DNA of 64,000 nucleotides from Acutalibacteraceae bacterium (GCA_045594685.1 JAZNYZ010000003.1:5670-69669), one strand, 5' to 3'; shown: positions 8,965 to 18,915, counted from the first letter of the stretch. Made by a program: numbers and translations. The notes: generated from the letters alone by a model not told the origin.

Positions 8965-11056
8965 GAAAATACAATTAAAAAACATCGGTCCATACGTTGA
9001 TTATAATGGGTTCGATTTTGATATTGCAGATAGTGTCAAAAGAATGGTTTTAGTCGGTGGTAAAAATGGTGCCGGCAAGACAACTCTTTTTAACGCCATT
9101 AAAATCTGCCTCTATGGTTGCATAGCCTTTGGTTATGAAGCCAAAAATGCAAAATATTACGAAGAAGTAGAAAAAATCATTAACACCAACGAAAAACTCA
9201 AAAAAAACGGTGAATCCGAAGTCAAGATCGATTTGCTGATTGATGATGGTAAAGATGATCATATTTATACATTCATTAGAAGTTGGCAAATCAGGGGCAA
9301 AAGAATTATCGAAACTTTTGTATTGTTAAAAGATAACGAACCAGTTAACGAAACTGAAAAAAGTGATTTCGAAAGTTTTCTTCTGCAAACATTACCGCCA
9401 AATTTGTTTAAGTTCTATTTCTTTGATGGCGAGAAAATAAGCGATTTCATTTTTAATGGGAATAAGAATACGGATTTTAAAGAAGCGTTTTTGAAACTTT
9501 GTAATCTCGATACTATGGAAATTATTCGCGATAATTTCCGCAGAATTTCACGCAATCAATCTAAAGATGGAATTGATTTGTCAGAAGAATATGAAAATTG
9601 CTTGTCAGAAGATAATCTCCTTGCTGAAAGAATTGTTTCTGCTGAAGAAGATTATAAGGAAATTGCAAGCGAAATAGCAGTAATTGATGATCAATTAGCT
9701 TCTTTAGAAAAAGTATATGCTAAAAGTGGGGGTATTTCTAAAAAAGAATGGCGTTCAATGGAAGAGCGCATCTCAAAAGAAGAATCTAGACGTGAGGAGA
9801 AAAGAAAGTGGCTTAAAGATATTGCTAATAATGTATTACCATTCGTTATTTTGCAACATCAATTAGAAGTTCTTAAAGAACAAATAATGATAGAGCATAA
9901 GGCACAAGTAGATGCAAATGTGAAAAGCACAATTGATACACCGGAAATAAAATCAATTATTGCAAATGTTTTGGATGTGTCGGGAATTGAACTGTCTGAT
10001 ACAATCACAGAAAAAATCATTGATGAAATTGTTGATTACACAAACACTACTGCATCAATTACGCCTATCTTAAATCTCTCTGATTTTGATAGATTTGAAT
10101 TAACCTCAAAAATCAACAGTCTACTATCTTTTGATACGAGTCGAATTAAGGCTGCTACTGATGATATTGAAGCCTCTCTGAATCACGTAAAGAGAATTCG
10201 CAAAAAGATGGAGCGAAGCAGTATTGAAAATTATGAAGGTTATCTCAAATCAAAAAGTGATTTGAATGAAGAAAAAGCCAAAAAAACACTAAGATTAATT
10301 GAGATTGATGCCGAACTTCAAAAATGCCGCGCTGATAAAGCTGTTTCTTCCGCCAAGTTAGCAAAAGCCAAGGCAAGTTATGAAGCTGTGCTAAAAAAAC
10401 AATCTATAAATGATATTTCTGCACGCGCACTTCTCGCATTTGATGAATTACAAACTATTCTTTACGAGAAGAGTATAAAACAGGTTGAAGAAGGCTTCCA
10501 AAGATATTTTACATCACTTATTAATAAGTCTGATTTAATAGATGGAATTCATATTGACGCCAACCTTAATGTATTGCCATATAAGAATAAATCGTTTGAT
10601 ACCGCTGAACTCAAGAAGACCATCGATAAAAACGGTTCGGAATATGTTATTGCTCAAATAGGTTTGCATGCATATGAAATACTTCAAGAAAAAATTGCGG
10701 CCGGTGAGCGTGAGATCGTTCTCCCTGTCGAAGTAAAGCAACAGTTATCCGCTGGAGAAAAGCAGATTTTTATCATGGCTTTGTACCAGGCACTTTCGCA
10801 GCTTAATAAAATCGATGTTCCATACATTGTTGATACACCGTTTGCTCGTATCGATAAAGAACACAGAGGAAAAATCTTAGATCGTTTCTTTAAACAGCTT
10901 AATGGTCAAGTTATTATTCTATCAACAGACGAGGAAATTGTCGGAAATTACTGCGATGTGATTTCGGATATTGTATCTAATACCTTTGTTCTTAATCACA
11001 CTATTAACGGAAATACTGAAATTATCGCAGACACCTATTTTGGAGGTAGCATATGA
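8954..11056 (+). CDS. dndD: DNA sulfur modification protein DndD (SMC/ABC-like ATPase)
   Basis: Start at ATG 8954 (MKIKKIQLKNIGPY) overlaps the dndC stop. Walker A GGKNGAGKTTLFN, long coiled coil, signature LSAGEKQ, Walker B YIVDTPFARID. Confidence 0.85.
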   Translation: MKIKKIQLKNIGPYVDYNGFDFDIADSVKRMVLVGGKNGAGKTTLFNAIKICLYGCIAFGYEAKNAKYYEEVEKIINTNEKLKKNGESEVKIDLLIDDGKDDHIYTFIRSWQIRGKRIIETFVLLKDNEPVNETEKSDFESFLLQTLPPNLFKFYFFDGEKISDFIFNGNKNTDFKEAFLKLCNLDTMEIIRDNFRRISRNQSKDGIDLSEEYENCLSEDNLLAERIVSAEEDYKEIASEIAVIDDQLASLEKVYAKSGGISKKEWRSMEERISKEESRREEKRKWLKDIANNVLPFVILQHQLEVLKEQIMIEHKAQVDANVKSTIDTPEIKSIIANVLDVSGIELSDTITEKIIDEIVDYTNTTASITPILNLSDFDRFELTSKINSLLSFDTSRIKAATDDIEASLNHVKRIRKKMERSSIENYEGYLKSKSDLNEEKAKKTLRLIEIDAELQKCRADKAVSSAKLAKAKASYEAVLKKQSINDISARALLAFDELQTILYEKSIKQVEEGFQRYFTSLINKSDLIDGIHIDANLNVLPYKNKSFDTAELKKTIDKNGSEYVIAQIGLHAYEILQEKIAAGEREIVLPVEVKQQLSAGEKQIFIMALYQALSQLNKIDVPYIVDTPFARIDKEHRGKILDRFFKQLNGQVIILSTDEEIVGNYCDVISDIVSNTFVLNHTINGNTEIIADTYFGGSI

Positions 11057-11427
11057 CAAATAAATTACACACCTCTGTGCAAACCCAGGAGATATTTACG
11101 TCTCTTTCACAGTCTCTTGGTTTGCAACCTTTTATTTTATCTAAATTGGCCATTGCGTTATCAGTTAGAAAAGGAAAAATTCTTGAAGAAGACTATAAAA
11201 CCGATAACGACGGCTTAGAACTGAGTAGACAAACAATTTTTGGTGACCACGATTTGCTATTTAAATCATTAATAATTAACAGAGAGGATAGGGCAATAAA
11301 TGAGGAAGAGTATTTTCCGGGTATTGTAAAAGCTCATCTTGATCGTGGTGCTAAATTACTTGAAGATGAAAAACGATACACAAAAGATTTTTACAATCAT
11401 CTTTGCAGGCTTGATATGAATATTTAA
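11053..11427 (+). CDS. dndE: DNA sulfur modification protein DndE
   Basis: ATGA overlap with dndD. 124 aa; N-terminal pattern (T..Q..F..L...LGLQPFILSKLAIALSV) is typical of DndE. Confidence 0.75.
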   Translation: MTNKLHTSVQTQEIFTSLSQSLGLQPFILSKLAIALSVRKGKILEEDYKTDNDGLELSRQTIFGDHDLLFKSLIINREDRAINEEEYFPGIVKAHLDRGAKLLEDEKRYTKDFYNHLCRLDMNI

Positions 11428-11437
11428 GGAGTTAGTT

Positions 11438-13348
11438 ATGGATTATCCTAATGTAAAACCTTGTTTAGATACATCCGAATCCGATTTAATACAAGATTTA
11501 TATTTGCCTTGTTTGAAATGGGCGAATAGATTTGATAGAGGAGTTGGCTTTTTTACTACAGGCTGGATCACATACAATGTGTCTGGCCTAAGCGATTTTG
11601 CATCTCGTGGAGGTAAAATGCGCTTAATAACAAGCCCAATTCTATCAAATGAGGATACTGATGCTATTATTAATTCAAAAGATAACAATGGCGAAGCCTT
11701 CAAAAAGTTTGAAGAGGCTTTACTTGAAAATGTTAGTGCCTTGGAATCTGAAATGAAAGCTGATGTTTCTAACGCTTTTTCTTGGATGATCTATGATGGC
11801 ATAATTGATCTTCGTTTTGCTATTCCTTGTGAAAAGCTTAAGGACGGAGATTTTCACGATAAGTTTGGTATCTTCTACAAAGACGAAGATATGCTCTCTT
11901 TTTCTGGTTCCATCAACGATAGCAAACACGGATATCAAAATTATGAAAGTATAAAAGTTTTCAAAACATGGGCTGGTACTAGTGAGTATGTAGAGTCTGA
12001 TAGGAGTCGTTTTGAAAAGATATGGAATGGTAAAGACAAAAATCTGAAAATATATACAATTCCATCTGCTGTAAAAGAGCGTATATTTCAGCTTCGCACA
12101 TCTTCAAGACCTTATAAAAAAGACGAAGTAATTGCAAATAATAAATGGATTCATCAGGATAAAGCAGTAGAAAAGTTCATTGAAAAAGAACACGGAATAT
12201 TGGCTATGGCTACCGGGACAGGCAAAACTGTAACGGCAATAAAAATCATGAACCGTTTGTTTGATGAAGGTAAAATTAAACGAGTTGTTATAACCATGTA
12301 TGGCAATGATTTGCTTGATCAGTGGGCAAAGCAGATGAGGGAATCGTTTAAAACTAAGCAAATTCATTATCATTATGGTAATAACAAGCGAATGAATGAT
12401 TTTATTATGCATCCCGATGAAGCTATATTGCTAATTTCGCGTGATTCGAACAATCTTACTAAATTGCTAAATAATTTAGATAAAGCGCCCGGCAACTACA
12501 AAGATGACACATTATTCATTTTCGATGAGGTTCACGGTGCGGGCTCGCAATCATTTGTAGAAAATTTAACCGGAAGACTGTCGACGTATAAATACAGACT
12601 CGGTTTAAGTGCAACTCCTGAAAGAGAATACGATGACATTGGTAACGATTTCTTGCAGAATGAAATTGGAGAAATTATTTTCGAGTTTAATCTTGAAGAT
12701 GCAATTAAAAAAGGTATTCTTTGTGAGTTTAATTATATTCCTTTGTCCTACGCATTGACTGAGGCAGAAAAGCAAAAGAAAAAGAAAATTATATCTGCAT
12801 TTAATGCAAAGAAAGAAAACGGTGAACCGTGTGATGAAACTGAAATGTTTACACAGTTATCTTTGGTTAATAAAACAGCTATAAACAAAATTGAAGAATT
12901 TAAGGTGCTAATTTCAGAATATCTCGGATTACTTGAGAAATCCATTATATTTGTTCAAACAATGGAGTATGGTAAGCAACTACAAGAAGTATTGATAAAA
13001 TATACAGATAAGTATCACACATATTACGCTGATGATGAAAAAATCAATCTTGAAAACTTTGCGGAAGGAAAAATCAACTGCCTGTTGACTTGCAAAAAGG
13101 TTTCTGAAGGAATCGATATAAGTAGTGTTACAAATATCTTTTTATTTGCTTCTGATCGTTCTAAATTGGTTACAACCCAAAGAATTGGTCGTGCATTACG
13201 TTTGGATAAGAATAATCCGAATAAGAAGGCAAATGTAATTGATTTTATTCTTGATGACATTAGCGAAAACGATAATAATGCCGATCAAGATAGAAAAGAA
13301 TGGTTAACAAGACTTTCACAAACGAGGAGAATTGACGATGAGGAATAA
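11438..13348 (+). CDS. PLD-family (HKD) nuclease fused to an SF2 (ResIII/DEAD-like) helicase; candidate Dnd-linked restriction enzyme
   Basis: HKD motif HDKFGIFYKDEDMLSFSGSINDS. Helicase motifs I AMATGTGKT, II FIFDEVH, III GLSATPER, VI QRIGRALR. Only a 10-nt gap after dndE, with RBS taaggag. Confidence 0.8.
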   Translation: MDYPNVKPCLDTSESDLIQDLYLPCLKWANRFDRGVGFFTTGWITYNVSGLSDFASRGGKMRLITSPILSNEDTDAIINSKDNNGEAFKKFEEALLENVSALESEMKADVSNAFSWMIYDGIIDLRFAIPCEKLKDGDFHDKFGIFYKDEDMLSFSGSINDSKHGYQNYESIKVFKTWAGTSEYVESDRSRFEKIWNGKDKNLKIYTIPSAVKERIFQLRTSSRPYKKDEVIANNKWIHQDKAVEKFIEKEHGILAMATGTGKTVTAIKIMNRLFDEGKIKRVVITMYGNDLLDQWAKQMRESFKTKQIHYHYGNNKRMNDFIMHPDEAILLISRDSNNLTKLLNNLDKAPGNYKDDTLFIFDEVHGAGSQSFVENLTGRLSTYKYRLGLSATPEREYDDIGNDFLQNEIGEIIFEFNLEDAIKKGILCEFNYIPLSYALTEAEKQKKKKIISAFNAKKENGEPCDETEMFTQLSLVNKTAINKIEEFKVLISEYLGLLEKSIIFVQTMEYGKQLQEVLIKYTDKYHTYYADDEKINLENFAEGKINCLLTCKKVSEGIDISSVTNIFLFASDRSKLVTTQRIGRALRLDKNNPNKKANVIDFILDDISENDNNADQDRKEWLTRLSQTRRIDDEE

Positions 13349-13514
13349 AATAATAGAACAAACAATAGACCAAGTAATTGACGAATCTAAAACTCCGTCT
13401 GATTTTAAGTCCGTTTTTAAGAAGTATATTAAGAATAAATTTGACAACAATGCAAGCGAAGGCGACTTGAAAAGAGCTTTGGCACTCATTGAAGAGGAGG
13501 ATGAACAGATATGA
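13338..13514 (+). CDS. 58-aa acidic protein of unknown function
   Basis: ATG 13338 lies 8 nt after GAGGAG, overlaps the helicase stop (13348), and its own stop overlaps the next start (ATGA at 13511). Confidence 0.5.
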   Translation: MRNKIIEQTIDQVIDESKTPSDFKSVFKKYIKNKFDNNASEGDLKRALALIEEEDEQI

Positions 13515-15430
13515 AAATGTCTATCCTTGGAATCGAATACAAAAATATTCGAAAAATCTCTGAGTTAAAGCTTTCATTTGTTGATGTTGATGGTAACCCG
13601 ATCAAAAATAATTTCGTAATGATGGCAAACGGTACCGGCAAAACTACGACAATGGGTCTTATCAAGGGATTACTTGATGGTTCGGCAGAGGATTGGGAAG
13701 TTAATACTGTAAAACAATACGCCCCAAAAACTTTTGAAGCGGATATGGGTTGGTTTAAAATAACGGTGAAATTTGATGAACGGCTATTTATATACACTTT
13801 GTATTTAGACTACAATAAAGGCGAAGCGTGTATAGAGACTACAACTACCGAAAAAGGTGGAGCTAATAAAGGTCGTCTTTTGCCTGATGCTCTTAAGGGG
13901 ATTTTTACGCCCGAATTTGTAAGACGTTTTATCTTCGACGGTGAGCAGGCAGAAAAAACAATGGATAGTTCCTCTAACGAAGCTGAAGAAACTATTCGCT
14001 ATCTTTACAGATTGGATGAACTTGATGATATTATTACAGCTAATCAAAGAATTCTATTCGAGATTCAGGACGCTGAAGGAAGCAAGGGTAGCAAAGGTTC
14101 CTTGAGCAATTTGCGCACACGTCAAGACAATGTGAAAAAGACAATTTCTAAATTGAAAGAACGCGCAGAACATCTTCGTAAAGATATCAAAAAGTTTGAT
14201 GATGAGAAAAAAGAAAAAATCGCCCAACGTGACGCACTTGATAAAAATTACGAAGCCTTAAATCAAGAAAAACAAGAAATTGTAAAATTACAACAGCATA
14301 ATAAAGATTCTATTGATGCAAAGATTTCTGAAATAATTGGATTAACAAAATTCCCTTATTTGATTAGCCAGGAATTTTGTGATCGTATGTATGGACTGGG
14401 TAGCAGTATGACAAAACTGAAGTTGCCCAAAACCATTTCTAAGGACTTCTTTGTAGAGTTGGCGCATGCCGAAGACTGTATTTGTGGCAGATGTATTGGA
14501 GAAAGTGAAAAGAAAACTATTCTTGAAAATGCCGAAAAATATTTAGGTAGCGATCAACAGTCCGTCCTCAATGCAATAAAGAGCAGTTTGATGGCTTGTT
14601 CTTACGATTCGCGCTTAGGTGATGCCTTTGTTGATATCTCAAAATTGCGCGAAGAAGCAAACCGTCTGCAAACAAGATTCAATACTAATGCGGAAAAACT
14701 GTTAAAAGCGGGTGGCGAAGAAGCCGCTAAGTTAAAGCAGAGAATAGACGAATTAGAAGAATTTATTGCGGTTTCTAAATATCAGTTAGATCTAATCGAA
14801 TCTAAAGATGAGAGCAATGAAGAGCTTACAGAAGATAATAATCTTTACAAAGCTGGGCTCTTAGAAAAAGATTACGAGCAAAAGATAGCTGCCGCAACAA
14901 GAACAAATGCTGCGCTTTATAAAAAAGAGGTTGTTGAGAAATTAGTTACTGAAATTAAAGAAAAAGCAACTGCAGCTCTCAAGAAAGAAATTATCCGAAA
15001 AGCAAACGAGAAAATCCAAAAGGTTATAATGGACGATTTTATTGAAATCGAAAATATTGACCGTTACATAAAGCTTAAAGGCAGAGATGGTGCAAGCGAA
15101 GGACAAACTCTTGGTATTGCCTACTCTTTCCTCGGCACCCTTTTTGAAGATTCAGAGCTCGAGTTCCCATTCGTTATTGACTCGCCTACAGGTAAAATGG
15201 ACTTTCGTAAAAGACAAGCTGTTGCGGATATTATTCCCAAAGTGTTTAACCAAATGGTTGCGTTTGTTCAGTCGGCCGAAGTTGAACGTTTTGCCGATAG
15301 ATTTTATGATAAACCCGATGCACAGTATCTTACTATTATTGCATCACCCTACACTGGCAAGGTAGAAGTGCACGAAGGCATAGAATTTTTCGATTCCTAT
15401 CAACATGAGCATAAAGGAGATGAAGAATAA
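13511..15430 (+). CDS. DndD-paralog / Rad50-SbcC-like ABC ATPase with a central CxxC hook
   Basis: Walker A MANGTGKTTT, about 400 aa of coiled coil, DCICGRC at about residue 323 of 639, signature-like ASEGQT, Walker B FVIDSPTGKMD. Confidence 0.75.
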   Translation: MKMSILGIEYKNIRKISELKLSFVDVDGNPIKNNFVMMANGTGKTTTMGLIKGLLDGSAEDWEVNTVKQYAPKTFEADMGWFKITVKFDERLFIYTLYLDYNKGEACIETTTTEKGGANKGRLLPDALKGIFTPEFVRRFIFDGEQAEKTMDSSSNEAEETIRYLYRLDELDDIITANQRILFEIQDAEGSKGSKGSLSNLRTRQDNVKKTISKLKERAEHLRKDIKKFDDEKKEKIAQRDALDKNYEALNQEKQEIVKLQQHNKDSIDAKISEIIGLTKFPYLISQEFCDRMYGLGSSMTKLKLPKTISKDFFVELAHAEDCICGRCIGESEKKTILENAEKYLGSDQQSVLNAIKSSLMACSYDSRLGDAFVDISKLREEANRLQTRFNTNAEKLLKAGGEEAAKLKQRIDELEEFIAVSKYQLDLIESKDESNEELTEDNNLYKAGLLEKDYEQKIAAATRTNAALYKKEVVEKLVTEIKEKATAALKKEIIRKANEKIQKVIMDDFIEIENIDRYIKLKGRDGASEGQTLGIAYSFLGTLFEDSELEFPFVIDSPTGKMDFRKRQAVADIIPKVFNQMVAFVQSAEVERFADRFYDKPDAQYLTIIASPYTGKVEVHEGIEFFDSYQHEHKGDEE

Positions 15431-15909
15431 TGCATTTTAAGATGTCTAAAAACGCTCAGTCGTTTTTTTCTGATATAATAAGTCCTGCCGGTTCTCATGG
15501 CTCGGAAAATAAGAACAAATTCAAGTTTCAGTTCGACGTGTATTATTGTTGCGCTTTGTTAGGTATGGCGGCAGTTCAACTTGATGAAGATGCCTCGGAT
15601 CTGAATGATTTGACGGAAAATTATCCGAAGCCGTACATTGACTGTAAAGCACAAATTGCTGGTCTTTTGGTTGCTACTGAGGCAAAACGTCAAGGAATTG
15701 ATGTGCAAAGCCCTAAACTTGAGGAAATGATGTTACGCTATTTGAGCGATAACGAAACTATGCTTTCTGATGAGGGTGTAAAAACATTAAATGCTTATGC
15801 ACTTAGAGGATTTCAATTGATTCACGATTTCCCTCTTGAAGAAAAGCCGACTTCCCGCGAAGAGTTTTTGGAAGCGTTTAATATTGCATTACAAAGGCAT
15901 ACTTTATAA
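15430..15909 (+). CDS. 159-aa protein of unknown function (possibly a Dnd-associated family)
   Basis: The ATG overlaps the upstream TAA (TAATG). RBS aaaggaga. No catalytic motif recognised. Confidence 0.55.
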   Translation: MHFKMSKNAQSFFSDIISPAGSHGSENKNKFKFQFDVYYCCALLGMAAVQLDEDASDLNDLTENYPKPYIDCKAQIAGLLVATEAKRQGIDVQSPKLEEMMLRYLSDNETMLSDEGVKTLNAYALRGFQLIHDFPLEEKPTSREEFLEAFNIALQRHTL

Positions 15910-15952
15910 GTGCAAGCAAAAAAACTTATTGACGTAAAAAAGGAGAAGAATA

Positions 15953-17752
15953 ATGGTAAATCAAATCACACCCATTTATACAACAATTGGTGACATTTTT
16001 GAAAAAAATTATTTATTTGAAGTCCCCAAATATCAACGCTACTATTCGTGGGAAGAGGAACAAATAGAAGATTACATTAAAGATATAGATAATATTTTTA
16101 ACAATACAACAGATGAAAATCCAATTGAACACTTTTTTGGTGGAATAGTAGTCGTAGAAAAGCCGGTTCCTGGGTCAACTCGTTCACAGCGAGAACTTAT
16201 AGATGGTCAACAAAGAATTACTACAACTATACTTTTAATTACTGCGCTAATTCGTAAATATGAAGAACTCAAAAATTCGGATAATTTAACTTTGATTGAA
16301 AGTAGAATAAATAAGTTAAAAGAAAAGTATATGGTATATAACGATGAAATTAATCGTATTCCCACACCAGTTAAAAAACTTGTACTATCGAATGCAGATT
16401 CACAATTCTTTGAGGATATAGTAAATAATCGCACAGGCAGAGTAGGTCGAGATTCACATAAACGCATCAATAAGGCGTTTAACAAACTCAAAAAGTATGT
16501 TAACGATAAGATTGATGTAATAGTATCTATTGAGGAAAAAACAGACGCTATAGCCAAAATAGAAAAACTGATTCATAAAAATTGTACTATCATTTTTATC
16601 GATTCTAGAACAAGAGAATCAGCATATAAATTGTTTCAAGTTTTGAATGATAGAGGTGCGGGTCTTACAGAAGGTGATTTGCTAAAGTCTAAAACACTTG
16701 AATCTCTTGAAAAGCATTTTTCATTGCGTCAGGCAGGCGTAGAACGTGATTGGGATGAAATATTACAGGATGAACCTAAAATCATCGAACAGTTTTTACG
16801 CTATTACTATGCCTCTGTATGTGGCAAACGTGTAGGAAGAACTTCTTTGTACGATGATTTCCTAAAGAAATTCTTCCCCAAATTAGTAGAAGTAGAAGCT
16901 GTTACAGAAGAAGCTGATGCAAATGAGGTTGTTGATACTGTTGCAGTTATTCTTAGTGAAGTAAAAACCTATCGCAAATTGATTAATGGGATTTGGCCTT
17001 ATGACTCTCAACAACCGATTACTGATTGGAATCGTAAACGATTAGATATTTTAGTCAATTATTTGAATTTTGATATTGTTTATCCTATTTTGCTGGCGGC
17101 TTCTCATTTAAGTGAAAAAAAGTTTTCGGAACTTGTACATATGCTTGAAAAATTTATGTTTAGACATAAAAGTGTATCTAATCTTGGTCATCAAAAATTA
17201 AGCGATTTGTACATGGCAGAAGCTGTAAAAATAAGATGTGATCCTGAGAATTATAGACTATCTGAATTGAGAAGTAAACTTCGAGAGTATATTGAAACCG
17301 AATGCACAGATGTGGTTTTTCGTGCTGGATTATCCAATTTAAAGTATAGAACCAGTGGCAATAACAAGCAGTTGAAGTATTTGTTTAGCACTCTCAACGA
17401 ACATGTTGAGTGGTTTGCGGCAGGAGCTGACGGTGCGCCTAAACCGAACACCGGAAGTGTTATTAATTACGATAATGTAACTATAGAGCATATAAGTTCG
17501 CGGTCTGCCGCAACACCTTTGCCGGAATTTGAAGGAGATAAAGTACACAGTTTTTATAATTTGACACTTTTGACAGGTGCAGAGAATGATAGAGCTAACA
17601 ATAAAGATTTCTTGTCGAAGAAGCCTATTTACGAAGGATCTTTTTATATTCTAAATAAATATTTTACGCCTTTAGCTAAGTGGGACTATGCAGCAGCAAA
17701 AGAATGGGAAGAGTATTTAAAAGATTTTGCATGTAAAGTGTTTGTTGTATAA
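15953..17752 (+). CDS. DUF262 (ParB/NTPase-like) plus DUF1524 (His-Me/HNH-like) protein, GmrSD/SspE-like
   Basis: N-terminal FEVPKYQRYYSW and ELIDGQQRITT. C-terminal TIEHISSRS...NLTLLTGAENDRANNKDF. RBS aaaaggaga. Confidence 0.8.
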   Translation: MVNQITPIYTTIGDIFEKNYLFEVPKYQRYYSWEEEQIEDYIKDIDNIFNNTTDENPIEHFFGGIVVVEKPVPGSTRSQRELIDGQQRITTTILLITALIRKYEELKNSDNLTLIESRINKLKEKYMVYNDEINRIPTPVKKLVLSNADSQFFEDIVNNRTGRVGRDSHKRINKAFNKLKKYVNDKIDVIVSIEEKTDAIAKIEKLIHKNCTIIFIDSRTRESAYKLFQVLNDRGAGLTEGDLLKSKTLESLEKHFSLRQAGVERDWDEILQDEPKIIEQFLRYYYASVCGKRVGRTSLYDDFLKKFFPKLVEVEAVTEEADANEVVDTVAVILSEVKTYRKLINGIWPYDSQQPITDWNRKRLDILVNYLNFDIVYPILLAASHLSEKKFSELVHMLEKFMFRHKSVSNLGHQKLSDLYMAEAVKIRCDPENYRLSELRSKLREYIETECTDVVFRAGLSNLKYRTSGNNKQLKYLFSTLNEHVEWFAAGADGAPKPNTGSVINYDNVTIEHISSRSAATPLPEFEGDKVHSFYNLTLLTGAENDRANNKDFLSKKPIYEGSFYILNKYFTPLAKWDYAAAKEWEEYLKDFACKVFVV

Positions 17753-17865
17753 TTTCTGGACTTTTTAAAATCTTTGGTATATGTTTGTGTTGCATGAAGG
17801 GAGTGCAACATATGAGAATGATTGAAGATTTATTCTATGGCAAAATATGTCCGTATGAGAAACGT
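17749..17865 (+). repeat. Direct repeat copy A (promoter-like region, RBS hairpin and first ~17 codons of a small gene)
   Basis: Aligns with 21519-21635. The 53-nt core 17776-17828 is identical to 21548-21600. Confidence 0.9.
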
Positions 17866-17883
17866 TTTAGAATAAGTGGTTAA
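17812..17883 (+). pseudogene. Truncated copy (23 codons) of the gene at 21584-21862
   Basis: MRMIEDLFYGKICPYEK matches MRMIEELFYGNICPCEK, then diverges and stops. Confidence 0.7.
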
Positions 17884-17944
17884 GTTTTGTATTGTCAAAT
17901 AAGATGAAACTGTGTTTGATTGTTGATTCCAAAGGAGAATGACT

Positions 17945-18871
17945 ATGCCGTATGATTTATCCAATAAATTAAAAATAGCGGTAACTACTCGTGCTTTATT
18001 TCGATTAGAAGATGAAAATAAGATATATATTGAAAAAGGAAAGAAAGCTTACGAAGATTATCAAATCAGTAAAGAACAAGATCTCTTGAATAAAGGTGCG
18101 GCATTCTCATTGGTTCAATCATTGCTGTCAATAAATTCAATTGAAGCAACAAAAGATAAAGTAGAAGTATTATTAGTTACACGAAATAATGCTAATACTG
18201 GTATTCGCGTTTTTAATTCAATTAATGAGTATAAATTGAATATAACAAGAGGTGTGTTTACAGGTGGGGGAGAACTGGTTCCATATCTTTCGGCATTAAA
18301 TATAGATTTATTCTTAACTGCAAATCCTGCTGATGCACAATCTGCAATTGATGCGGGTATTCCTGCAGCTACATTATTGACTGATAATATTCCGGACTAT
18401 GAAGACAATGTACCTAATCAGATACGTATAGCTTTTGATGGTGATGCGGTGTTGTTTGCGGATGATTCTGAATTGATATATAAAAAACAAGGTCTAACAG
18501 AATTCGCCAACAACGAAGCAAGACTCGCAAATGTTCCAATGAACGAAGGTCCTTTTGCTAAATTTTTAAAAATAATAGCCTCTTTACAAAATTCGCTAGG
18601 TGATGAACAGACTTTCATAAGAACTGCGCTTGTTACAGCAAGAAATGCCCCATCTCACGAACGTGTTATAAAAACATTACGAGAATGGGGAGTAAGGATT
18701 GATGAGATGTTCTTTTTGGGTGGCATTTCTAAGGTTCCGATTTTAAAAGCTTTTGGTGCACAAATATTTTTTGATGATCAGAGCTCATATACTGAACCAG
18801 CGTCTTCAATCGTGCCTTCCGGAACAGTTCCATATACATCCAATAGCGAATTGAATCAGTACAAAAATTAA
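17945..18871 (+). CDS. Cytosolic 5'-nucleotidase I (cN-I, PF06189-like) family HAD phosphatase
   Basis: IAFDGDAVLFADDSE (DxDxV nucleophile motif) and RTALVTARNAPSHERVIKTLREWGVRIDEMFFLGG...IFFDDQ, as recalled for the cN-IA family. ATG 17945 lies 8 nt after AAGGAG. Confidence 0.7.
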   Translation: MPYDLSNKLKIAVTTRALFRLEDENKIYIEKGKKAYEDYQISKEQDLLNKGAAFSLVQSLLSINSIEATKDKVEVLLVTRNNANTGIRVFNSINEYKLNITRGVFTGGGELVPYLSALNIDLFLTANPADAQSAIDAGIPAATLLTDNIPDYEDNVPNQIRIAFDGDAVLFADDSELIYKKQGLTEFANNEARLANVPMNEGPFAKFLKIIASLQNSLGDEQTFIRTALVTARNAPSHERVIKTLREWGVRIDEMFFLGGISKVPILKAFGAQIFFDDQSSYTEPASSIVPSGTVPYTSNSELNQYKN

Positions 18872-18915
18872 ATCTTGCCATTACATTTGGTTAGATAAAG
18901 TGAGTGAGTATTAAA

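Noticed and set aside
15087-15365. 92-aa alternative-frame ORF inside the DndD-paralog gene
   Set aside because: It overlaps the conserved C-terminal ABC motifs of the main frame and has no independent RBS.
6481-17752. Search for dndA (cysteine desulfurase) or dndFGH within or next to the operon
   Set aside because: No PLP-dependent desulfurase-like ORF and no ~1,600-aa DndH-like ORF is present in the window. dndA is often replaced by a housekeeping IscS/NifS elsewhere.
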